The notes: a model not told the origin generated them from the letters alone. 64,000 nucleotides of DNA from Candidatus Uhrbacteria bacterium (GCA_016844925.1 JAERTI010000056.1:6978-70977), one strand, 5' to 3'; positions 9,300 to 19,328 are shown, counted from the stretch's first letter. A program made the numbers and translations.

Positions 9300-9796
9300 T
9301 GCGTTTACCAACTCGTAAATCTCAGAAGCTTAAACTCCCTCAAGATGAGGGACCTTTGTATTTGACTAAGGCTGGCATTGAGAAACTTGAACGTCGTCTT
9401 GAGAGGATTGAAACAACAGAACTTCCGCAAGCTATTGAGGATGTTCGTCGTACGGGAGAGTTTGGTGATTTCTCTGAAAATGCGGAATATCAAGAGGCAA
9501 AAGGGAGGATGAGGCGTTTACATAATTCCGTCCTTGTGATAAAGGACAAGCTCAAACGAGCTGTTTTGATCGAAAAAGAAGAGGGGATGCAAGGGGTGCA
9601 GATTGGATCAGTGGTTGTTCTTGAGACTGGGGATGGACAACACAAGACATTTGAGATTGTTGGACCGAGTGAAACCGATCCAACGCGCGGACGCGTTTCG
9701 TATAAATCTCCATTGGGAGCGCGCTTGATAAACCGCGAAGTAGGAGAGTCAGTGGAGATCGGTTTAACAACATACGCCATCGTAGAGATACGCTGA
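9299..9796 (+). CDS. GreA/GreB-family transcription elongation factor
   Basis: GDFSENAEYQEAK and SYKSPLGARL motifs. Confidence 0.92.
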   Translation: MRLPTRKSQKLKLPQDEGPLYLTKAGIEKLERRLERIETTELPQAIEDVRRTGEFGDFSENAEYQEAKGRMRRLHNSVLVIKDKLKRAVLIEKEEGMQGVQIGSVVVLETGDGQHKTFEIVGPSETDPTRGRVSYKSPLGARLINREVGESVEIGLTTYAIVEIR

Positions 9797-9816
9797 GCGT
9801 GATAGGATAGAGATAC

Positions 9817-11118
9817 ATGCCTAGACAAGAATTAGAAGACAAACAGTTTTACGGACTTGGAATTGCCCCAACACTGCTAGAGCGCCTCGATGCGCTCGGT
9901 TTTGTTCATCCGACTCCAATCCAATTTAAATCAATCCCTATCGCCATGACGGGTGATGATGTGATCGGTATTGCACAGACGGGGACAGGGAAGACGCTCG
10001 CGTTCTCACTCCCACTCCTTCAGCAGATTTCCGCGAAGGGGAAGCGTGGCTTGGTGCTGACACCAACACGTGAGCTCGCCATCCAGGTTGAAGAGACGTT
10101 GCGTAAGGTGGCAGGGCCCTTGGGTCTGCGCACAGCGATTGTTATCGGAGGAACATCGCAGCACCGGCAGGTGAAACAGTTGCGTGCAAAGCCACACGTG
10201 ATTGTGGCTACGCCTGGGCGTTTGATCGACTTGATGGAGCAGAAGCATGCGAAGCTCCAGAACGTGGGTGTGCTTGTGCTTGATGAAGCGGACCGCATGC
10301 TCGACATGGGGTTTGCTCCTCAGTTGAAGAAGATCATGGCTGTAGTGCCGCAGGAGCGTCAGACATTGTTGTTCTCTGCAACCATGCCGGAGCAGATCGC
10401 ACAGATCGCGCGTCAATTTATGAAAAAGCCGCTTCGTGTAGAGGTGGCACCAGCTGGAACATCCGCTGAGAAGGTAGATCAAGAGGTCTACATCGTTCCT
10501 CGTGCAGAGAAGATTGAACTGTTGGAACGGATCTTGCAGGAGTACAAAGGAACGGTATTGGTATTCTCTCGAACAAAATATGGCGCGAAGAATCTTGCGC
10601 GCAAGGTTCGACAGATGGGACATAGTTCAACGGAGATTCATGGGAACCGTTCACAGAACCAGCGTCAGGTGGCACTTGCAGGGTTTGCTTCAGGAAAGTA
10701 TCGCGTAATGGTGGCAACAGATATCGCCGCTCGTGGTATCGATGTAAAGGACATTGAGCTCGTTGTGAACTTTGATTTGCCAGATCAGTTAGAAGATTAT
10801 GTGCACCGTATTGGCCGAACAGGACGTGCGGGCACAACGGGGAAGGCGATTTCATTTGCCTCACCAGAGCAGAAGAAAGATGTGCGTGCGATTGAGAAGT
10901 TGATTAAGAAGCAATTGCCAGTCATGACCGCTGAGGGAGAGCCAGTTGTGCGTGAAAAAGGAAAGGCAAAAGAAACGTACGGCGGTGGTCGAGGAAAGCG
11001 ATCAGGTGGTGGACGACCTCGTGGTAGCAAGGGACGTAAACGTAATTATGGTGGAGGGAGATCAAAGGGACGCTCAGGATCTGGCGGTAAAGGTAAGGGG
11101 CGAAGTAAGAAGCGATAA
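9817..11118 (+). CDS. DEAD-box RNA helicase (RhlE-like)
   Basis: AQTGTGKT, PTRELA, DEAD, SAT and HRIGRTGR motifs; basic Gly-rich tail. Confidence 0.96.
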   Translation: MPRQELEDKQFYGLGIAPTLLERLDALGFVHPTPIQFKSIPIAMTGDDVIGIAQTGTGKTLAFSLPLLQQISAKGKRGLVLTPTRELAIQVEETLRKVAGPLGLRTAIVIGGTSQHRQVKQLRAKPHVIVATPGRLIDLMEQKHAKLQNVGVLVLDEADRMLDMGFAPQLKKIMAVVPQERQTLLFSATMPEQIAQIARQFMKKPLRVEVAPAGTSAEKVDQEVYIVPRAEKIELLERILQEYKGTVLVFSRTKYGAKNLARKVRQMGHSSTEIHGNRSQNQRQVALAGFASGKYRVMVATDIAARGIDVKDIELVVNFDLPDQLEDYVHRIGRTGRAGTTGKAISFASPEQKKDVRAIEKLIKKQLPVMTAEGEPVVREKGKAKETYGGGRGKRSGGGRPRGSKGRKRNYGGGRSKGRSGSGGKGKGRSKKR

Positions 11119-11120
11119 GT

Positions 11121-11861
11121 ATGCTTACGAAGGCGCAGGAAAAATTGATTAAAAGTCTTCATCGGAAAAAGGGTCGCTTGCAAAGCGGCCTTTGTTTGGT
11201 TGAAGGACGAAAGGTGATTGAGGCAGCGGGTAGAGCGGTGGAGGATGTGTTCACCAAACAAGACTCATTGAATTTCGATAAGCTTGTCACAACGGAGAGT
11301 CCTCAGGATATGGCGGCGACCGCACAGATCCCACGTTTCACAACCGAAGAGGTGCTTTCCAGCGAGACGGTACTGCTTCTCGATGGGGTGCAGGATCCTG
11401 GAAATGTCGGAGCGATCTTTCGTCTGTGTCAGGGCTTTGGCGCAACGTTGGTGATGGTGGAGAGTGCGGATGCAACAAGCCCAAAGGTGATTCGTTCTTC
11501 TGTTGGTTCAATGTTCTCTGTGCCATGGATTAGTATTCCACGATCAAAGGCGAGTGACTTGATTGAGCGTGCCCCTCATGAGGTGTTGCGACTTGAGGCC
11601 TATGTGCCTCCATCTGATCCGTTCTTTGAGAAGAATATTGATAAGAAAGAGGAGGTCTATCGTGGAGAGCTTGGAGATGTTGATCTCTTTACCAAAAAGG
11701 AGCCGATGATGCTTATTGTGGGCTCTGAAGGGAGGGGGATTCAGCTTCCTGTGAAAGCGCCGTCAATGGCTATTGAACACGATAAAGCCTTGGAATCATT
11801 GAATGTTGGACATGCTGTCGGGATTGCATTGCAACATCGATACAGATCTGCAAAAAACTAG
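11121..11861 (+). CDS. TrmH/SpoU-family RNA methyltransferase
   Basis: QDPGNVG, GSEGRG and ESLNV motifs. Confidence 0.9.
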   Translation: MLTKAQEKLIKSLHRKKGRLQSGLCLVEGRKVIEAAGRAVEDVFTKQDSLNFDKLVTTESPQDMAATAQIPRFTTEEVLSSETVLLLDGVQDPGNVGAIFRLCQGFGATLVMVESADATSPKVIRSSVGSMFSVPWISIPRSKASDLIERAPHEVLRLEAYVPPSDPFFEKNIDKKEEVYRGELGDVDLFTKKEPMMLIVGSEGRGIQLPVKAPSMAIEHDKALESLNVGHAVGIALQHRYRSAKN

Positions 11862-11930
11862 ATAAGAATTGGGATTTCAGTAATTTGAAGCATTCTTGGA
11901 TAACAAGCATGCTTTTTTGATTGTTTACAC

Positions 11931-11959
11931 TTGACGTGCTGACACTCATCGCCTAACGT
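11931..11959 (+). promoter_or_regulatory. Sigma70-type promoter TTGACG-N17-TAACGT
   Basis: Exact 17-nt spacing, upstream of the M17 peptidase. Confidence 0.55.
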
Positions 11960-12001
11960 CCAGGCGTCGCTAAGCCATTCGAGGCGACGTGGAGTGTTGA
12001 C

Positions 12002-13489
12002 ATGAGTGACTTCAGGCAGAGAACAGATGGCGAGTCCGTCCAGCAGTGGATGGATCGTCGGGTGGGGCAGGTCTTGTCCGGAGCAGGGGTGGACTTCCAC
12101 TGCACTGCGACGCTGGGGAAGGACTCGGCGCAGACGCGCATCGTCTTCGAGGTCAGTGACAAGCGCCCCAAGGGCGACGTCAAGCTGACCGATGGCGAGC
12201 TGCACGTGAGCTTGGGCAAGGAGCCCGAGAAGATGTTCCCCGAGGACGTCATGAGCTTCTTCGGCAAGGTGGCCCTCAAGGCCCAGGGTCTGGGCTGCAA
12301 GAAGGTGGCCTTCCGGCTGCCGGACAAGGGCATCGACGCGAAGTTCGCGGCCATGGGGGTGCAGACGGCGCTCCTGCGAGCGGACGAGCTGCAGACCAAG
12401 GTCACTGATCTCGGCATCGAGGATGTGACCTTCTTCACGGAGGAGGGCCAGTTCGCGGCCATCAACCGTGGTCTCGAGCTCGCCCGTGCGGCCAACACCA
12501 GCCGGTTCCTGACGGCGATGCCGCCGAACCTGCTGACCGTGGACACGTTCTTCAACCTCGCGCACGCGCACTTCAGCGATCTCGAAGCCGAGTTCCTCGG
12601 TGTGGACGGGCAGCCCGACTCGGTCGAGTACGACAAGATGGGGATGCTCGGTGCGGTCGCAGCCGGCAACGGCGGCAACCGTCGCGTGCTCGCCATCCGG
12701 CTGGATCCGCTGAGCGGACCCACCGAGAAGGTGGTGGCCTACGTGGGCAAGACGCTGGTGTTCGATGCCGGCGGCCTGAACATCAAGGGCACCCACGCGC
12801 GCGGCATGAAGGGCGACATGGGTGGCGGTGCGAGCCTCTTCGGTTCGGCCACCTACCTGGCGATGAACCGTCAGCTGCTCAAGCGCTCGGTCGTCTTCGT
12901 CTGGACCATCACCGAGAACGTGATCGGCCCGGAGGCCTACCGGCCCGACGACGTGCTCACGGCCTTCAACGGCACCACGGTCGAGGTGGACAACACCGAT
13001 GCCGAGGGTCGTCTGGCCCTGGGTGACGCCATGGCCTGGATCTGCACGATCGTGAAGGTCGAGCAGCTCGTGCCCGTGTGCACGCTCACCGGTGCGGCCG
13101 TGGTCGCGCTGGGTTCGTCCGCGACGGCCATGCACCTCAAGGACAGCCGCACGCGGCTCAGCGAGGTGCGTCAGCTGGAGGACCTGTCCTTCCGCTGCGG
13201 CGACTCGATGAACATCCTGCACCACTACCCGGAAGCGGCGGCCGCTCTGGCCTCCAACATCGCGGACGTGAAGAACGCCGGCGGCAGCAACCGCGGCGCC
13301 GGTTCCTCGCAGGGCTTCGCCTTCCTGCTCAACTTCGCCCCCGAGGGCGTGGACGTCATGGAGCTGGACATCGCGGGCAAGTCCGGCAACTTCTCCAACG
13401 GCAGTGGTGTCCAGACGGGCACCTCCCTGCCGGCGGCCGTCTGGTTCACGATCGGACGCGAGAGCAGCTACGAGGCCCCGGTCAAGTAG
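12002..13489 (+). CDS. pepA: M17 leucyl aminopeptidase family protein (divergent; GC3-rich class)
   Basis: GKTLVFDAGG, MKGDMGG, NTDAEGRL, TLTGA and LDIAG motifs. GGAG SD. Confidence 0.88.
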   Translation: MSDFRQRTDGESVQQWMDRRVGQVLSGAGVDFHCTATLGKDSAQTRIVFEVSDKRPKGDVKLTDGELHVSLGKEPEKMFPEDVMSFFGKVALKAQGLGCKKVAFRLPDKGIDAKFAAMGVQTALLRADELQTKVTDLGIEDVTFFTEEGQFAAINRGLELARAANTSRFLTAMPPNLLTVDTFFNLAHAHFSDLEAEFLGVDGQPDSVEYDKMGMLGAVAAGNGGNRRVLAIRLDPLSGPTEKVVAYVGKTLVFDAGGLNIKGTHARGMKGDMGGGASLFGSATYLAMNRQLLKRSVVFVWTITENVIGPEAYRPDDVLTAFNGTTVEVDNTDAEGRLALGDAMAWICTIVKVEQLVPVCTLTGAAVVALGSSATAMHLKDSRTRLSEVRQLEDLSFRCGDSMNILHHYPEAAAALASNIADVKNAGGSNRGAGSSQGFAFLLNFAPEGVDVMELDIAGKSGNFSNGSGVQTGTSLPAAVWFTIGRESSYEAPVK

Positions 13490-13511
13490 TACGAGTGCCA
13501 AGCAGGCACCT

Positions 13512-13540
13512 CCCATCCTGAGAAACGGGTGGGTTTTTAT
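13512..13540 (+). terminator. Intrinsic terminator
   Basis: CCCATCC...GGGTGGG followed by TTTTTAT. Confidence 0.6.
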
Positions 13541-13578
13541 ATTGACAGATTCGTTCTACTGGGAAATAATTGGCCGTT

Positions 13579-14793
13579 ATGAAATATGTATCTCTAATCT
13601 TGTTCGTGCTCCTACTTATGCCGGTGGCACTTGAAGCATCATCGATTGCTGAGCGTGTTGCGGGAAAGATTGTGTTGGATGTTGAGTCCAGTGGGGAGGC
13701 TTGGTATGTAGAGCCTGATAGTCAGGAACGGTATTTTCTTGATCGACCGGATGATGCGTTTGTCATTATGCGTGAGCTTGGTCTTGGAATTACAACGGTT
13801 GATTTGGAAAAGATTCCAAGTAGTGAAGAGTCTTCTGTGGGAGATTACGCGTTGAGGCAGCGGCTCTCTGGAAAAATTCTCTTGCAAGTGGAGTCCAGTG
13901 GAGAAGCTTGGTATGTCTATCCCGTTGATTTGAAGCGTTACTATCTTGGAAGGCCCGCGGATGCGTTTGCGATTATGTCGGAGCTTGGGCTGGGGATCTC
14001 ATCAAGCGACTTGAGTCAGATTTCTGTGGCAGGAGAGGAGGTTGAGTTATCGACAGGGTCAGATGGGTACGTCTATGTCTCTGAACGTATTTCGACAGAT
14101 CGTGGGAGTTTCTCTGCTCGGTATGTGAAGCTTGAGCAAGGGATGTTCACCATGGTGACGGACACCGCTGAGCTGAGTGACTGTGAGTCGGATTGTGATG
14201 CCAAGTATGTTGGTGAGTACGTTGAGGAGAATGGCGGACTGATTGGGATTCATGGGACATATTTTTGCCCGCCGGATTATGGAGAGTGCTCCAGTCGGGT
14301 GAATCAGTTTGATCCACCGGTGTATAACACGGCTGAGGGGGTGATGTTGAATGAGTTTGATCTTGTGCATCAAGGTGGGCCGATGATGGCCGTGGATGTT
14401 GAGGGAAACTATTATTACTATCATCGAGCGGGGGAGTTTGGTGATGGCGTTGAGGATTGGGAACGTGAGCATGGTGTAGAACTTCAGGCGGCCATTGCAC
14501 ATTACCCCTCTCTTGTAGAAGAAGGAGAGAATATTGTGGGCGCAGAGGTGTTACAGTCGTCAATGCATAGCTCAGCTACGCGTGCGGGAATCGGATATGA
14601 TGAGGATTACGTATATCTCGTTGTGGTGACGGAAGCGTCAGTTACTGATCTCGCCTCGGTGTTTGATGCATTGGGTGTCGATTATGCGATGAACCTGGAT
14701 GGGGGAGCGTCGACGGCATTGTATGTGGATGGAAGGTATACGTATGGACCGTCTCGTGAGAATCCGAATGCAATCGTTTTTGTAAGAAATTAG
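13579..14793 (+). CDS. Secreted phosphodiester glycosidase (NAGPA) family protein with tandem N-terminal repeats
   Basis: Signal peptide. Two repeats of GKI.L.VESSGEAWYV.P...RY.L.RP.DAF.IM.ELGLGI. C-terminal AMNLDGGAST motif. Confidence 0.8.
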   Translation: MKYVSLILFVLLLMPVALEASSIAERVAGKIVLDVESSGEAWYVEPDSQERYFLDRPDDAFVIMRELGLGITTVDLEKIPSSEESSVGDYALRQRLSGKILLQVESSGEAWYVYPVDLKRYYLGRPADAFAIMSELGLGISSSDLSQISVAGEEVELSTGSDGYVYVSERISTDRGSFSARYVKLEQGMFTMVTDTAELSDCESDCDAKYVGEYVEENGGLIGIHGTYFCPPDYGECSSRVNQFDPPVYNTAEGVMLNEFDLVHQGGPMMAVDVEGNYYYYHRAGEFGDGVEDWEREHGVELQAAIAHYPSLVEEGENIVGAEVLQSSMHSSATRAGIGYDEDYVYLVVVTEASVTDLASVFDALGVDYAMNLDGGASTALYVDGRYTYGPSRENPNAIVFVRN

Positions 14794-14798
14794 TGCGG

Positions 14799-14830
14799 AA
14801 ATCTGCTCTTGCGAGAGCAGATTTTTGTTT
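14799..14830. terminator. Intrinsic terminator
   Basis: AAATCTGCTCT-TGCG-AGAGCAGATTT followed by a T run. Confidence 0.7.
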
Positions 14831-14919
14831 GGGGGCAATGGTGTTGTGTGGTATTTTTCATAAGGACACTCTTAATAAGATGCCTTACGATTCACGGTCT
14901 ATTTAAAGACTGATCCCCT

Positions 14920-15678
14920 ATGACACTCATATACATTCTTCTTGCCACAACGATTATTACATCGTTGTCCCTGACGGGGATTTTTTTGCTCGTGATGCTG
15001 AAAAAACACATTCATAAAGGCATGCTGACACTCGTGGCTTTGTCTGCCGGTGCCATGTTGGGAAACGCTTTTCTGCACTTGCTCCCAGAGGCCATAGAAA
15101 TGACAGAGGGTGGACCGATCGATTTATTCACGGTCATGCTTCTCGTCGTTGCGGCGTTTGTTGCTTCCTTCTTGTTTGAACAGTTTTTCTCCTGGCATCA
15201 CTGTCACGACTCTGGAAGTTGTGAACTCGGTGAGCAGCCCTTCGCTCATCTTGTCTTGTACTCCGATGGCTTACATAACTTTATTGATGGTCTTGTCATT
15301 GCGGCAGCGTTTATGGCAAGTCCTGCCCTTGGAATTTCAACAGCCATTGCCATCGCGCTTCATGAGGTTCCTCAGGAGCTAGGTGATTATGCCGTGCTTG
15401 TTCATGGTGGCTTTAGTAAAATTCGAGCCGCTGTGTATAACGGGATTGCTGCATCTACAGTGATCCTTGGTGGAGTCGTAGGGTACTACCTTGTCGATTC
15501 TGTTGAGTGGGCCGAACCAGTTCTTCTACCGATTGCCGCTGGAGGCTTCCTCTATATCGCCGCAGCAGACTTACTGCCAGAGCTTAAGCACAACGAACGA
15601 AAGAAAACCATTCCTCTCCACATCTTAGTCTTCTTCACAGGACTAGCTATCATGATTGTTGCAGCCATGATGGAGTAG
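14920..15678 (+). CDS. ZIP-family metal transporter
   Basis: HLLPEA, DGLHNFIDG, LHEVPQE and YIAAADLLPE motifs. Confidence 0.93.
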   Translation: MTLIYILLATTIITSLSLTGIFLLVMLKKHIHKGMLTLVALSAGAMLGNAFLHLLPEAIEMTEGGPIDLFTVMLLVVAAFVASFLFEQFFSWHHCHDSGSCELGEQPFAHLVLYSDGLHNFIDGLVIAAAFMASPALGISTAIAIALHEVPQELGDYAVLVHGGFSKIRAAVYNGIAASTVILGGVVGYYLVDSVEWAEPVLLPIAAGGFLYIAAADLLPELKHNERKKTIPLHILVFFTGLAIMIVAAMME

Positions 15679-15691
15679 TAATCGACGAATC

Positions 15692-15724
15692 AAAAAACCG
15701 ACAGGTTTAAACCAGTCGGTTTTT
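15692..15724. terminator. Bidirectional intrinsic terminator
   Basis: AAAAAACCGAC...GTCGGTTTTT between convergent genes. Confidence 0.7.
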
Positions 15725-15741
15725 AATTTCTAGACGTTTTC

Positions 15742-16182
15742 TTAAAACTGTCGCTGAAGATCCAGTGTCGTTTTTCCGTCTTCATTACGCAAGATGACCG
15801 CCCAGGTCTCACCAGAGCCTGTATAGGTTGCTGTATGTAGATCTTCATTGTCTGTTGGAAGTACGCCCCAGCCACGTGAGATTGAGTACGCACCAGCTTC
15901 CATCTCAGCTTCCATGAACGCCTGTGCGTCATCGATGTTGAGTGCCGTTGAACCAAGAACACCCACAGCAAGGTCGTTATCGATAATGACGTCAATAACC
16001 GTGTCCTCGGGGAGTGAGATGCCTAAGAGAGTCTCGGCTTGTGCGCGGGTGTACGTGCTAGTCTCCGTGGTTGTCGATGTTGTTTCTGTACTGGTTTCCG
16101 TGGTCGTGCTGTCAGAACCAAATAGTGAGAATGCGAAGAAGAGGGCGATAATGACAGCTAGGACAGCGAGAATTTTTTTCAT
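15742..16182 (-). CDS. Hypothetical exported protein
   Basis: Signal/TM segment followed by a Thr-rich linker. Confidence 0.7.
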   Translation of the reverse strand: MKKILAVLAVIIALFFAFSLFGSDSTTTETSTETTSTTTETSTYTRAQAETLLGISLPEDTVIDVIIDNDLAVGVLGSTALNIDDAQAFMEAEMEAGAYSISRGWGVLPTDNEDLHTATYTGSGETWAVILRNEDGKTTLDLQRQF

Positions 16183-16186
16183 ACAA

Positions 16187-17092
16187 TTAGAGGTTATCGT
16201 TTATGGATTCAACAGATACGAGCTGTGCTTCGCGATCGTAGTCCTCGCTGTCGGTAATATCTTCACCGTAAGAATAGTTGCCGTAAAAGACGTCTGAGAT
16301 GTCGTCCACAAGCGTCTTCCAGTCGTCGCCGTAGAGCTCTGCAGCGATTTCTTCTGTTTCAATGGCACGAAGGGTTGAGTGTTGCTCTACCGCATAGACC
16401 GTTGGGACGGTTGGGAACTTCACGAGTTTGGTTCCTGGGTGATAGGTTACATTCGATCCCAAAGGAAAGTCTGACATTACGTCTGCCGTGACAATGTGAA
16501 GGTTTGAGTAGTCTTCATACCAGGTAAAGAATACACGTTCATTCGGGAAGGCATGGCGAGACCCTTCATCATCGAGAAAGTAAACCGTTCGGCAAGTATG
16601 CGTGAAGTCTTCCTCGCCGGGGCATTGTGTTTTGACAAGCACCGGCGATACAGCCGTGACCTCATCAGCTGTCCACTCAGTGGCGTCCACTTTGTCTGGA
16701 TCAGTCTCAGTATCTGACTCTCCGTCAGTGGTTTCTATAGGCGCCTCGCTGACAGAGATGATGTTACTTGGGCCGGTTGTCTCCTGGCCGAGCGTGTCAG
16801 TGCATTTGGCACGAATGCTATTTGCTGAGCGCTCTGTCGTAAACGTGTATTCAACAGACCAGACATCGGTCGTATCAATGTAGGTCATTGGACTCTCGTA
16901 GATGCTTGAAACAATCAGGGTACAGCTTTCAACTCCATCAGGGTCCGTGGCCGTGACAGAGAAAATTTCTGGAACGTCGTACGTGGCGGTCAGTGGAGAC
17001 ACGTCACTTACCTCTGGTCCGGAGACATCAGCGAGAGCTGGTGTCAGTGGGAGAAGTAAGAGTGTCAGCGAGAGGAGGAGGTATCTAGTCAT
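16187..17092 (-). CDS. Secreted acidic protein with an Ig-like N-domain and a CPR-type C-terminal domain
   Basis: Signal peptide. VYFLDDEGSRHAFPNERVFFTWY motif of a type I recall from Parcubacteria/ABY1 surface proteins. Confidence 0.7.
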   Translation of the reverse strand: MTRYLLLSLTLLLLPLTPALADVSGPEVSDVSPLTATYDVPEIFSVTATDPDGVESCTLIVSSIYESPMTYIDTTDVWSVEYTFTTERSANSIRAKCTDTLGQETTGPSNIISVSEAPIETTDGESDTETDPDKVDATEWTADEVTAVSPVLVKTQCPGEEDFTHTCRTVYFLDDEGSRHAFPNERVFFTWYEDYSNLHIVTADVMSDFPLGSNVTYHPGTKLVKFPTVPTVYAVEQHSTLRAIETEEIAAELYGDDWKTLVDDISDVFYGNYSYGEDITDSEDYDREAQLVSVESINDNL

Positions 17093-17363
17093 ACTTACGT
17101 GTTGTTATGAGGTGTTTACCTGTGATCAATTGTAGTAATCCCATGATAGCAATAACGGCTGTGAATAAGAACATACCGACATAGATACGAGCGCTCCATG
17201 CGTAGATGGCCCAAATAGCCAGAAATCCTGCGGCGCCAACAAGTGTCACGATGAGGCCAGACTTTCGAGCATAGATGCGATGCTCAGGAGGAATCGGTTT
17301 GCCCTCGGACTTCAACTTGAGATGAAGCCGAGCTTCTTTTTCTACGTTGTGTCGAAATGCCAT
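17085..17363 (-). CDS. Small 2-TM hypothetical protein
   Basis: Two hydrophobic helices; translationally coupled to its neighbours. Confidence 0.65.
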   Translation of the reverse strand: MAFRHNVEKEARLHLKLKSEGKPIPPEHRIYARKSGLIVTLVGAAGFLAIWAIYAWSARIYVGMFLFTAVIAIMGLLQLITGKHLITTRKYD

Positions 17364-17373
17364 GTGGATCTGT

Positions 17374-17874
17374 TTAAGAGGTTTCGTCTGTTAAGTAAGA
17401 ATCGAAACGGATGCGGTGACAGGTGTAACCATCAGGATTCTTTTGGAGGTAGTCTTGGTGAGAATCCTCAGCAGGTGTGAATACGTTGAGTGGTTCGAGT
17501 GTTGTCACGACGGGATTTTCCCATCGTCCAGAGTCATTTACAAGCTCAATGAATGCTTCGCTTTGAGCACGTTCCTGTTTGTCGGCATAGAAGATGGCTG
17601 ATCGATACTCTTCACCACGATCGTTACCCTGTTGATTTATTGTTGTTGGATCATGGATGCGGAAAAAGAGATCGAGTAGTTGTCGATACGAGACTAGTTC
17701 TGGATCATAGGTTATTTGAACAGCCTCAGCATCCAGGGTGTAGTCTCCTCCCTCAGTGAATGCTCCACCACCCGTATATCCAACGACGGTATCCACAACA
17801 CCTTGTTGCTGACGAATCAACTCTTCCATTCCCCAGAAACATCCACCTGCAAAAACAGCCTGTTTATTTGGCAT
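17374..17874 (-). CDS. msrA: Peptide methionine sulfoxide reductase A
   Basis: AGGCFWG, QGNDRGEEYRS and AEDSHQDYL motifs. Start moved to ATG 17874, 7 nt after a TACAAT -10. Confidence 0.95.
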   Translation of the reverse strand: MPNKQAVFAGGCFWGMEELIRQQQGVVDTVVGYTGGGAFTEGGDYTLDAEAVQITYDPELVSYRQLLDLFFRIHDPTTINQQGNDRGEEYRSAIFYADKQERAQSEAFIELVNDSGRWENPVVTTLEPLNVFTPAEDSHQDYLQKNPDGYTCHRIRFDSYLTDETS

Positions 17875-17920
17875 ATGACGTATTGTAACAAAAAAAGAGA
17901 GCCGTGTGGCTCTCGCGTTG

Positions 17921-19258
17921 CTAGCTCGCGCGTTGGGAGCTGAGCAGCATGGTCTCCATGTTTCCTTCACGGAACTGGAGGCCGATCTTGTCCTGCATGT
18001 CCCTCACGATCTCTACCGCGTTGCCGAGGCAGAAGCTGGCGCCCGGGGAGGGGGCCAGGGTGAAGGCGATGGGGGCGTCCGTGGCGATCACGCGGTCGGC
18101 GTCCTTGCGAAGCTCTCCGCTGACCAGGTTCACGGGCTGTCCACGCACGCCACCGGCACCCTTGTCGAGGATGATGTCCTCGGGGCGCAGCGACGGGATG
18201 ACCTTGCGGGCGCGGCGCAGGAACGCGCGCTTGCCCACGTAGGGCCACTCGTAGAGCATGTTCTCCAGGGCGAACTTGGAGATGTCCCAGTCGGCCAGGA
18301 TCTTCATCAGGGCCAAGATGCCGCGGGGGCTCACGAGCCCCACGCGCAGGAACTCCCAGATGGTCGCGTAGTTGTGGCGCTCGAGCATCGGGAGTGGTCG
18401 GGCCGTAGGGCCGAACCGCGTCTCGTCCGGGTTGTAGACCGCAGGGTCGCCGTGGACGGCCGCGAACGGCAGCTTGGGCAGCTGCATGGTGTAGACCTTG
18501 CCCTCGAGCAGGCCACCTGAGCGCACGCTCCGGTAGAAGCTTCCCGCGACGGGGAGCAGAGCGTACTCTTTGTGGTAGCCCAGCGCGTGTGCGTGCAGCA
18601 GCGAGCCGGAGCCCGCGCAGACGCTGACGTAGCGTCCGGTGTGGGCAACTCCATCGGCGGTGCGCACGACGAATCCGTCACGGGACGGTTCGATGCGCTC
18701 GACTTCCAGGTTGTAGAGGACGTCGACGGTGACGCCGTTTCCGCTGGCCTCCTGCGCCAGTTCGATGAACTTGCACGCCAGCTGGTGGTAGTCCACCGCG
18801 CGTCCGTGCGGGGTGTAGAGCGAGACGATGTCCTGCTGAGGGTCACGTCCCTCCATCACCATGGGTTCGACCTTGGTGATGTCATCGGGGCCCAGAAGCC
18901 GGATGTCCGAGAAGTGTTTCCGGAACTCGTCGAAGCGAAGCTTGAGACGGTCGGTCTCGCCATCGACGGCGATGACCTGCTTCTGGATGACCATGGAGCC
19001 GTCGGGCAGGTGGCGGCGGCAGAACCCCTCCAGGAGGTCCGAACCCCACTTGACCCGCAGGGCGCGCTCGAGATCGTAGTTCGTCTCGATCTCGCCGCGG
19101 TGCAGCGTCTGGCTGTTGTTGGTCACGTTGGAGTTGACCTCGCCGGGCTTCTCTCTGCGTTCGATGACCAGGATCCGTTTGGCATCGGTGTGCAAGGCAA
19201 GGAGCCAGGCCTGAGCTGCTCCCGTCACGCCTGCGCCGATGATGATCGCGTCGTACAT
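17921..19258 (-). CDS. FAD-dependent oxidoreductase, malate:quinone oxidoreductase / L-2-hydroxyglutarate oxidase-like (GC3-rich class)
   Basis: IIGAGVTG, NNSQTLHRGEIETNY, LPFAAVHGDP, GGVRGQ and PSPGAS motifs. AGGAGG SD before ATG 19258. Confidence 0.8.
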   Translation of the reverse strand: MYDAIIIGAGVTGAAQAWLLALHTDAKRILVIERREKPGEVNSNVTNNSQTLHRGEIETNYDLERALRVKWGSDLLEGFCRRHLPDGSMVIQKQVIAVDGETDRLKLRFDEFRKHFSDIRLLGPDDITKVEPMVMEGRDPQQDIVSLYTPHGRAVDYHQLACKFIELAQEASGNGVTVDVLYNLEVERIEPSRDGFVVRTADGVAHTGRYVSVCAGSGSLLHAHALGYHKEYALLPVAGSFYRSVRSGGLLEGKVYTMQLPKLPFAAVHGDPAVYNPDETRFGPTARPLPMLERHNYATIWEFLRVGLVSPRGILALMKILADWDISKFALENMLYEWPYVGKRAFLRRARKVIPSLRPEDIILDKGAGGVRGQPVNLVSGELRKDADRVIATDAPIAFTLAPSPGASFCLGNAVEIVRDMQDKIGLQFREGNMETMLLSSQRAS

Positions 19259-19299
19259 CTGTTCCTCCTTCGGCATTTCGGCAGGGTTGCCGATGCAGG

Positions 19300-19328
19300 A
19301 CCGTAGGCGAAAAAGCCTTACTTGTCAA
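19300..19328 (-). promoter_or_regulatory. Sigma70-type promoter TTGACA-N17-TACGGT
   Basis: Minus strand, exact 17-nt spacing. Confidence 0.55.

Noticed and set aside
11858-13516. 552-aa antisense ORF over pepA, and similar antisense ORFs at 17906-19306, 53339-54858 and 56960-57643
   Set aside because: Shadow ORFs produced by high GC3 on the coding strand; no motifs and no expression signals.
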